Source of the DNA: Trichomonas gallinae | Lineage: Eukaryota | NCBI GenBank assembly: GCA_008369845.1 | Contig: MRSU01010827.1 | Span: 1 to 38,551, forward strand | Length of the DNA: 38,551 bases | Direction: 5' to 3' | Shown here: piece by piece, positions 31,535 through 38,551 of the stretch | Numbering within the stretch: position 1 is the first letter of the stretch | Layout: every line of letters begins with the position of its first letter | Notes under the pieces: model-generated | Seen by the model: only the letters and a program-made list of their open reading frames with translations | The model's database searches: none | What the model was told of the DNA's origin: nothing | Translations under genes and position numbers: made by a program

Positions 31535-32761
31535 TTAAGATTCATAATCATACTGATCATTAGAATCCTTTGATGAATTGATAAGAACTAATTCAATTCT
31601 TGACGGAGAAGATAACATACATGGGTGTAAATTACTATGCTTAATCAGTGTAGCAGGTGCACGCGGAGGAACTTCAGTATAGAACCAAAGTAGAACGAAT
31701 GTGCACAAGAAACAGCCGATTTCCATAATTACGGCACAAGCAAACTCCGGGATGCCTGTTAAATATAGGATAATATAGATTGTTAGAGTTGTAAGAGACA
31801 AAGAATACGCAAAAGACACAACTTTGCGGGATCTCTGTATCTTAATCATAAGCGATGGTTTTTCTGATACCAAAACAATGATCCTGTGGGCTTTTATCAT
31901 TGACGTTATTCCAATCGAAATATACCAGACTAAACCAATTACGACAAGCGTAAACGCGAGTATGAGGAAATTCTCTGTCCTAACTAATGGTATGATAATT
32001 ATGCCTGTTGTAACAAACAAAGAGGCGCCGATTATTTCGATATGTTCGCGAACCGAGAATTTTATCCTGAAAATATTACATCCACTGCATAGGAATAACA
32101 AGCAGCTCGTCAAAGTGGTGTAATACAATACATCGAGAAAATGTGTTGTGAATTCAAGTAATAAAGGAAGTTTATCGGTTTCTGATAGAATGGTCCAAGT
32201 ATAGTACCATATATACAAATTTAAGCTGCGAATCAGCTGCAGTAGCATGAAAGTAGTATGTAGTGGATAGCGAAACACATGCAAAACTTGTGATCGAGAA
32301 AACCAGTAAATGAAGACGAAAATGTATATTATAGACATCTGCATGAACAATGGACGCAAATATCTGTTCCTTGTATCAAGCTGCGTGTCAGGATTCGAGA
32401 ATGAGCCTTCGACTGCAAAATTTGCTTGCTTATTTGTACACATGAATAGATATAGCTTGTAGACACCATCATGGTGGATGTCACCACTTAAAGAGTAAGT
32501 TGAATTATCAATCGATCTTGAAACGTTAAAAGTTTTCATGTATTGATCTCGATGCTCGCAGTAGTACCTATAAGAACGCTCCCTGTACGTTTCTTTTGAT
32601 AGGAACACAATCGACATCGGAATTAATTTCGATTTGACCGTTAAATTGTACTTCCCACCAGCTCGAAAGCCGTATGTTGTCACAACATTCGTCGAAAAAG
32701 AGGCAGTGTACACGATTTCGACCCTGTGGGAAATACAAAAAACGAAAAACAAGGAAATCAT
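31535..32761 (-). CDS. Seven-transmembrane protein with signal peptide and luminal N-domain (GOST / GPR107-TMEM87-like), ~408 aa
   Basis: Signal peptide MISLFFVFCIS, a ~130-aa beta-rich domain ending in FSNPDTQLD, then about seven hydrophobic helices. Start moved from GTG to ATG 32761. AAAGTGAC lies upstream on the minus strand (32808-32815). Confidence 0.75.
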   Translation of the reverse strand: MISLFFVFCISHRVEIVYTASFSTNVVTTYGFRAGGKYNLTVKSKLIPMSIVFLSKETYRERSYRYYCEHRDQYMKTFNVSRSIDNSTYSLSGDIHHDGVYKLYLFMCTNKQANFAVEGSFSNPDTQLDTRNRYLRPLFMQMSIIYIFVFIYWFSRSQVLHVFRYPLHTTFMLLQLIRSLNLYIWYYTWTILSETDKLPLLLEFTTHFLDVLYYTTLTSCLLFLCSGCNIFRIKFSVREHIEIIGASLFVTTGIIIIPLVRTENFLILAFTLVVIGLVWYISIGITSMIKAHRIIVLVSEKPSLMIKIQRSRKVVSFAYSLSLTTLTIYIILYLTGIPEFACAVIMEIGCFLCTFVLLWFYTEVPPRAPATLIKHSNLHPCMLSSPSRIELVLINSSKDSNDQYDYES

Positions 32762-33420
32762 TAATAAATTCTGAAAAAACTGACAAATTTCACAAAATTT
32801 TGGATTTGTCACTTTTGTAATCTAACAAATCCAATTTTTGTTATTTTCTGCATTTTGAGATTGATACTAATGAAATGTCTGGAAATTTTACAGTTTTTTA
32901 CTGTATCAAACTTTTTACATTATTTCTTCTTTACGCCTTTATATTTTAATCAATTAATCATATTTATCACGTCAAATTATGGAAATCGAGCATTTGAAAA
33001 TGAGATCATTTTGAAAGTGTTGTCAGTTCAAGATGGGAAGAAAAATATGAGCATTTTCATACATATTTATCACAATGATGTCAATCAAATAGTTAAATCG
33101 CATTATGAACATTCATTGTGTGAATTTTTCTCAATTACGCGTTCTATCATCTAGCTACTAAATAAACAAATAGGAAATTCGTTAAACTATATTATACTTT
33201 AATCCAAATTACAAAGTAAGATCAATCAGATTATCGATTGTCCTATATAGATTGGAAATATTAAGTATATAGGCCCAAATAAGGAGAATTTCGACAAAGG
33301 CTGAACAGGAAGTTCATTTATAAAGAAGAAACAATGGATAATAAAAAATATTTGACATGTAAAATTGTTTACTGAAATTACAACAAAAAAATTATTTAAC
33401 GATTATTTTCGATTCAATTA

Positions 33421-33890
33421 TTTCGAAAAAGGATATCTGAGAGCATGTCAGATTTGCCACATTACATGTCAGATATTTTCCAAAACTGGGATGGGTTACC
33501 TATTTTATATTGTTGATGTGTGCTTGTCAATCAGTTTGAAGCTGCTCCCCAACAAATTCAGAATGAGATATCCCATCAAATCTGAGGAAAAACATTAATC
33601 TTAGATGAAAATAATACTATTTAAAAAAATATAAGCAACGCTATGGGCTTACTTGGAAACTTGATTAGAAGAGCTGGGAAAGAGATAAACGGATTTGTTG
33701 GTGATATTATGAATCTAACCATGGAATTGCTTTCTACTCACGAAGATGATGCAGTTTTCATTCTCGGAGCAATTTGTAAAGTCATACTAATTAAATCATA
33801 TTTAGCATTTGCTGAATTGCTAGCTCCTAATTAAAGAGATATGAGGACCGCAAATGTCATCAAAGAGTATTTCCAGAGCCTATTATGTAA
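33421..33890 (+). pseudogene. HEAT-repeat (importin-beta-like) gene remnant
   Basis: One frame with several stops reads ...LPHYMSDIF...MGLLGNLIRRAGKEINGFVGDIMNLTMELLSTHEDDAVFILGAICKV, resembling importin-beta HEAT repeats (LxxIIxKLG...ADxIM...HEEAxLAIGA). Confidence 0.5.
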
Positions 33891-34087
33891 ATTATTTTTT
33901 ACAAAATTTGTTAATTTGTATTTAAATAAGATTTATATTATTTGCAAGAAACAATTCTTGCATGATATCATAATGAATGATAAAGTTATAATAGGAAATT
34001 ATTTTCCTACATTAATTTCGAGATAAAATCTATATTTCAGCTGTTGACAGGTTTTTCCGGTCACTATAACAAGAAAAATTTCTTTCT

Positions 34088-34230
34088 ACCAAAAGAAACC
34101 TCATTATGGCAGCATCAGAAAACAAACAAGGCATGGTTCGTGATTTTATCGAATCAATATTGATAATAACACAAAACATGTTCAAGTGGACAGCTTTGAT
34201 TTATGCTTCAAATAATGGATATCATATAAA
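34088..34230 (+). pseudogene. Ankyrin-repeat fragment
   Basis: Translates as LIMAASENKQGMVRDFIES...KWTALIYASNNGYH, i.e. two partial ankyrin repeats without an intact gene. Confidence 0.5.
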
Positions 34231-34245
34231 CAATAGGATAGATAT

Positions 34246-34932
34246 TTATTTTTGAAGGAATGAAAATCGTACATTGAGTTTTGAGTCCTTCTCTGGTGTG
34301 ATAGTTGTGTACATGTAGTTTTCAAGACTGCTTGAGAATGGCATTACAGTAGTTGTTAATTTATCTGTTGTGCGAACAAAATCGTGAAGATGGCCCAAAA
34401 ACATCAACGATTCATCTGGGATTTGATCATGGAATGTGGTACGAAGCGCATGGATCCATTTACGAGTGATTTCAACGCCATGAATTCTTTTATCGTTTTT
34501 GAGGTCGTGACCAAAGATAAGAGGAGTTTGATATCCGGGAACAAACACTCTAAGTAATTCAACGTTGTAAAGATGAACATTTTTTCCATCATAAAAAGAT
34601 TTCACAGCTCTATGCATATATCGATCGTGATTTCCTGGAATAACGTATATAGGAATATTAAGGGTCTCAAGAAGTTTGTAAAACTTGGTCCATGCTGACA
34701 AAGCATGATAAACTTTGAAAGATATAATGTCTCCAAGCATAAACAACGCCGTTGGATGCTCTTTTTCTACCAATTCTTTGATCTTGTTGTATGTTTTTTC
34801 TCCACTTCTTGATGCTTTTTCAAATTGACCGACATGAAGATCAGATATCACTGCAATTCTGGTCTGCTGTGGTTCTGTTTCGAGATGGATATCAGCATGC
34901 TCTATTTTAGTGGTATTGAGTTTAATCTCCAA
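34246..34932 (-). CDS. Calcineurin-like metallophosphoesterase (~228 aa); start codon unresolved
   Basis: All five motifs are present: SDLH, GDII, GNHD, GH and GHLH. The track start is TTG and no in-frame ATG precedes motif I. Stop reads TAAA. Confidence 0.8.
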   Translation of the reverse strand: MEIKLNTTKIEHADIHLETEPQQTRIAVISDLHVGQFEKASRSGEKTYNKIKELVEKEHPTALFMLGDIISFKVYHALSAWTKFYKLLETLNIPIYVIPGNHDRYMHRAVKSFYDGKNVHLYNVELLRVFVPGYQTPLIFGHDLKNDKRIHGVEITRKWIHALRTTFHDQIPDESLMFLGHLHDFVRTTDKLTTTVMPFSSSLENYMYTTITPEKDSKLNVRFSFLQK

Positions 34933-34976
34933 TTCGGGTATTGGTAAATTTTTTAAAAACCTGCTTTATAAAATCA

Positions 34977-35074
34977 GACCCTACTTTATTTATTACCCCC
35001 TATTATAAATTTTCAACCCCTTATTTATGTAATTTTTGGTACCCCTTTTTATTTTTTCGAGACCCTAAATTTTA
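34977..35074 (+). repeat. Phased C-tract array, copy 1
   Basis: ACCC(CC) tracts end at 34981, 35000, 35020, 35045 and 35065. The last ~80 nt align with 35253-35337. Confidence 0.8.
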
Positions 35075-35252
35075 GAAATCATTAATACGACAACTTTGAT
35101 GATGATGATGAAAAATCATTACAAATCAAAATTAACTTTATGTTATTTTATATATAGTTAGAAAATGATGTGTACAATTACCATATAAAATTTGGTAGCT
35201 TGATTAAGCTTCTAAAGCAGCATTTGCCTATTTTTCATGTGTCGGTATTTTT

Positions 35253-35337
35253 TCATATCCCCTATTTTATATTTTCAACCCCTAACTTTTGCCGATAATT
35301 TACTACCCCTTTTTAAATTTTCGAGACCCCAAATTTA
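35253..35337 (+). repeat. Phased C-tract array, copy 2 (directly upstream of the rhomboid ATG)
   Basis: CCCC tracts end at 35262, 35282, 35309 and 35330. It shares CCCCTATT..ATTTTCAACCCCT...TACCCCTTTTT...TTTTCGAGACCC.AAATTT with copy 1. Confidence 0.8.
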
Positions 35338-35344
35338 TTGTATT

Positions 35345-36355
35345 ATGGAGTCTGATGTTGCTGATTTAGAAGATATTGAAGATCCGGAAGCACTGGCGAA
35401 CAAAAATGTTAGGTATATTATATCAGCCAATCAACTTCATTCGCTCTCGTTAGCAGAATTAAATTTACCACCTGGTTTATGTTTCGGATATTGGAAATTA
35501 AATACGTTCAATCAACGTCTTACAACACCATCTGATGTTGTACTGTCATATTATTGCCCATTATTCATCGGCCCATTTTGCACACCATTGAGAAGAAAAA
35601 GTTGTCTTAAATTGTTCGCAACTCTAACCTTTTGGTTATCTGCTGCCCAAATAATCATGTACATGGGACTTTTATCGGTTTCTCACAATCCTTTGCATAA
35701 TACAGCAATTGATCCCAAATATTTAGTTAAATACGGATGTTTGTCGGGTGAAATGATACGAAAACACAATGAATACTGGAGATGTATCAGTTTAATTATC
35801 TTGCATTCAAGTTTTGGACATTTATGCATAAATGTTTTTCTACAGATGGCTTTTGTACTCGGAAGAGAAGCTCAATGGAATACATTACGCGCATATGGAT
35901 CATTTATCTTATCGACAATTTCTGGATCCTTCTTCACTTTATTATTTAATCCAAATGCAGTTTCATCAGGCTCCAGCAATGGAATCTTTGGTGTTTTCGG
36001 CTCATTTATTACTCTATACTTCATATTATTCGAAAATTTACAATGGCGACATAGAATCGGAGCTTTATTCTTTATTTGCTTGGTTGTCATTCTTTTAATC
36101 TTCGCTGGCGTTCAAAATGGAACAGACAGCGCAGGACACATTGGCGCTTTCTTATTTGGAATATTTTTCGGGGCATTGATTTTCATCAATAGAATTAGAA
36201 AGCGGAATCAAAAAGTTATTGCCCTGATCTTTGGAATCATGTTCACATTAGTTACATTATTGCTGCCGATTGTTTTTTGGCTTTTGGAAATCGATATTTC
36301 CAAAATTTTAGAATTCTTCAAGAAAATTATTAAGAGATTGGATAACACAAAATAA
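35345..36355 (+). CDS. Rhomboid intramembrane serine protease (~336 aa), catalytic residues intact
   Basis: YWR motif, HSSFGHLCIN, GSSNG (GxS), AGHIGAFLFG (catalytic His) and multiple TM helices. Start moved to ATG 35345 (MESDV) because the upstream in-frame stretch is the C-tract array. Confidence 0.93.
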   Translation: MESDVADLEDIEDPEALANKNVRYIISANQLHSLSLAELNLPPGLCFGYWKLNTFNQRLTTPSDVVLSYYCPLFIGPFCTPLRRKSCLKLFATLTFWLSAAQIIMYMGLLSVSHNPLHNTAIDPKYLVKYGCLSGEMIRKHNEYWRCISLIILHSSFGHLCINVFLQMAFVLGREAQWNTLRAYGSFILSTISGSFFTLLFNPNAVSSGSSNGIFGVFGSFITLYFILFENLQWRHRIGALFFICLVVILLIFAGVQNGTDSAGHIGAFLFGIFFGALIFINRIRKRNQKVIALIFGIMFTLVTLLLPIVFWLLEIDISKILEFFKKIIKRLDNTK

Positions 36356-36596
36356 TAGACTTTTATACACCGCTGATAACAAATTTTATTTAGCAATTTT
36401 ATAAAACAAAACAAGAAATTAGGCAATTGTATTCTCAAATACATCCAAATTAAAACGTGATTGGACCGTTCTGCAGTGATTTGCAAAGTTATCCACAGAT
36501 AAATTTCATTATTTAACCTGAAATTATCTGATTAAGTAGTATACTACACTAGATTGTAAGCATTGTGAAACTATGCTATTTGTAAGCTAGTTTTGC

Positions 36597-37094
36597 TTAA
36601 GATTTATTAAGTTCTTTAAATACTTCTTCTTTCCTAGCTCTTTCTCTTTTAATTTTTACTAGCCTGTATGTTTCAATGCTTTGCACTATTTTGTTTTCTA
36701 ATTCTGGAATATTTTTCTTCGATTCTTTGTATTTAGTCTTCAAATCGCGTAGTTCTGCTTCGAGCTTGCTATTTTCATGTTGCACAGCTGTTATTTGTTT
36801 AGATAGTTCAATAATATTCTTCATTTTTTCCTGTTTTAGCTTTGCTGCCTTTTTCATTGACGCTCGTGATGATTTATCATCAGCACTACTAATAGAATCG
36901 AGAATTATTTGCACTTGCTGACTATTTTGTGATTTTTTTGAAGATTGAGTAGAGTCGTTATCTGAAATTGCTTTCCTTACTTTCTTAGGTTTCTGCTTAA
37001 CAACGACGTCATCATACCAGTCACCCCATATCGATGAGCATTCCTTGTCTATATCTTCCAATGGGCGTAAACTATCAACAGTGCTTACACTCAT
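36597..37094 (-). CDS. Small coiled-coil hypothetical protein (~165 aa)
   Basis: K/E/S-rich sequence with a C-terminal heptad pattern. The likely start is ATG 37094 (MSVST), since the longer track ORF runs through the C-tract array. Confidence 0.7.
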   Translation of the reverse strand: MSVSTVDSLRPLEDIDKECSSIWGDWYDDVVVKQKPKKVRKAISDNDSTQSSKKSQNSQQVQIILDSISSADDKSSRASMKKAAKLKQEKMKNIIELSKQITAVQHENSKLEAELRDLKTKYKESKKNIPELENKIVQSIETYRLVKIKRERARKEEVFKELNKS

Positions 37095-37101
37095 TGAGCA
37101 T

Positions 37102-37178
37102 GAGGGTCTTACAAAAATAAACTGGGGAAATATACGTTTATTTTTTGTATAGGGTCTTGCGAAAATAAATAGGGGTAA
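37102..37178 (-). repeat. Phased C-tract array, copy 3 (minus strand)
   Basis: Plus-strand G tracts start at 37104, 37124, 37152 and 37172. The unit AGGGTCTT(A/G)C(A/G)AAAATAAA..GGGG occurs twice. Confidence 0.75.
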
Positions 37179-37520
37179 TATTTTACAATTTACTAAAAAA
37201 TCGAAAAATAGCAACGAAGATACTATGGCCCGGCTGGGCATTTAAATTGTGTGCATTGATATAAATACATCTGTTGATACATCTCTAATTTTTTAAATAT
37301 CTATGTTTTATTGAATTTTTATTTCATCATTAAGGTAAAATTCTGAATTATATGAAAGTGTAGACTAATTTCTATGTAGACATGAGCTTATTGTCGGCTA
37401 GAATGTAAATCAAATAATTATAAAGGAAAAAAAAGTGTGATTGCAGCCCCTTTTATAATAAATAAGGTTAAATAGAAACGTGACAAAAACGTAAGAAAAA
37501 AAATTGGTGAAATAACTGAC

Positions 37521-37528
37521 AACCGTTT
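37521..37528 (+). promoter_or_regulatory. Myb-type M3-like core promoter element AACCGTTT
   Basis: Fits the RRCSGYTD-type element described for T. vaginalis (recalled consensus) and ends 15 nt before the centrin-like ATG. Confidence 0.45.
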
Positions 37529-37543
37529 AGTCATCTCTTATAA

Positions 37544-38005
37544 ATGTCACGCAGGCACCTTATTCCGCAAGAAGCCAAAGACGAAATTGCAGAAGTCTTT
37601 GAGCTTTTCGATTCAGACAAGTCTGGCTGCATTGATCGTGAGGAGCTCTACGTCGGTTTACGCGCTATGGGCTTCAATGTCACAAAACAAGATATAGAAG
37701 CAATCTTTAGAGAAAAAGATCTCGAAAATCTCGGATATCTCGTATTTAAGCAATTCCGTGAAGTAATTGGTCAGAAATTACAGGAGAGAAAACCTGAAGA
37801 AGAATTTAAACAGGTATTTGCTCTCTTCGATAAAGATCACACTGGTAGAATCGGTATTCGTGAAATCAAGCGTGTTTGTATGGAACTTGGTAAAACAGAT
37901 CTCACAGAAGACGATATGAAGGCTATGATCCGTCAGTTTGATACTGATGGTGATGGATTTATTACACAGGCTGAATTCGTACGTATGATGGAGGGTGATT
38001 TCTAA
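37544..38005 (+). CDS. Centrin-like EF-hand protein (153 aa)
   Basis: EIAEVFELFDSDKSGCIDREELYVGLRAMGF, FALFDKDHTGRI...IKRVCMELG and FDTDGDGFITQAEF are centrin-type motifs. Confidence 0.92.
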   Translation: MSRRHLIPQEAKDEIAEVFELFDSDKSGCIDREELYVGLRAMGFNVTKQDIEAIFREKDLENLGYLVFKQFREVIGQKLQERKPEEEFKQVFALFDKDHTGRIGIREIKRVCMELGKTDLTEDDMKAMIRQFDTDGDGFITQAEFVRMMEGDF

Positions 38006-38259
38006 GCCCTATCCTTGGTTCGGTAAATTTTTTTTTTATTTACTTTAAATGACCCATCTTATTTTTGTTGGTCGTCATATTGGCTACTAAAATAAATTTA
38101 TTGCATTCCTAAATTAAGCAACTTTATATATTTTGATAATGAAATTATAGTCCAAACGAATTTGATCTAAGAATATACTGAAATATCAATATATTCGATG
38201 AGTAATGAATAAATATAATATATTTTTAACAAAATTATACAATTCTATTTAATCGTTAG

Positions 38260-38450
38260 AGTATCTTCAGTAGCTTTCAACAAAACTAGTTATGCGGTAT
38301 TGAAATTCTTATTAGTCGTACACAGATCTTTGAAAGTTTCATATAATCCGCTTTCAACGAGTTTTCTAACAGTAACTGTGATTCCATTTGATGCTTCTGA
38401 TAATACCAAATTTGGAGAATTCCAGCGTAAAGCAAAAGTTCAAATTTTTC
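38260..38450 (-). pseudogene. Possible ankyrin-repeat remnant
   Basis: The minus strand reads ...LSEASNGITVTVRKLVESGLY..., resembling an ankyrin helix pair, and is interrupted by stops. Confidence 0.3.
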
Positions 38451-38551
38451 GAATGAATCTCAATTAAAACAAGTAGTATATGTATGGGGGTTATTTGCCA
38501 AAATTTGCAAACGCCTCTATGACCCCATTTTTGAAGGATTTAAGTCAATAT

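Noticed and set aside
34977..35337. CRISPR-like or telomeric interpretation of the periodic C-tracts
   Set aside because: Eukaryotic context, conserved cores of only 4-6 nt, no cas genes and no tandem telomere-type hexamers.
35237..35344. N-terminal extension of the rhomboid in the ORF track (likewise 37095-37241 and 32762-32812 for their genes)
   Set aside because: These stretches translate AT-rich promoter-like or C-tract array sequence. Downstream ATGs fit the short leaders seen elsewhere in the window, though this is not experimentally confirmed.
1..38551. Alternative genetic code as an explanation for in-frame stops in the remnants
   Set aside because: All intact genes translate fully with the standard code and end in TAA or TGA, and most remnants also contain frameshifts or several stop types.
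1..38551. Transposable elements (Maverick, mariner, Mutator), tRNA or rRNA genes
   Set aside because: I recognised no transposase, integrase or polymerase motifs, no long terminal inverted repeats, and no cloverleaf or rRNA-like sequence.

Overview
AT-rich eukaryotic protist DNA, very likely a trichomonad (Trichomonas vaginalis or a close relative). This is inferred from nearly intron-free genes, very short 5' leaders with TCAYW initiator-like and AAAGTGAC motifs, TAAA overlapping several stop codons, and typical expanded families (ankyrin, CAMK, CK1, B56, MIZ finger). The window holds about 15 apparently intact protein genes: coiled-coil protein, ankyrin protein, 1134-aa unknown, CAMK-type kinase, SP-RING/MIZ protein, calnexin-like lectin, 1692-aa unknown, CK1, calcyphosin-like, PP2A B56-like, GOST-type 7TM, metallophosphoesterase, rhomboid, small coiled-coil and centrin-like. 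The spacers contain several decayed gene remnants. Several ORF-track starts are TTG/GTG or upstream ATGs and were corrected. I recognised no rRNA, tRNA, CRISPR array or transposon. Most notable observations: (1) three upstream arrays of C-tracts sharing a 20/25-28/20-bp spacing; (2) a hidden 24-nt GT-AG intron that completes the B56 gene; (3) an AAAGTGAC/GTCACTTT motif upstream of 7 genes, 4 times directly followed by a micro-uORF; (4) a calnexin with no P-domain; (5) an intact phosphoesterase with no in-frame ATG before its first catalytic motif; (6) a signal-peptide ORF interrupted only by two in-frame stops. All family calls come from motifs read by eye, and no searches were run.
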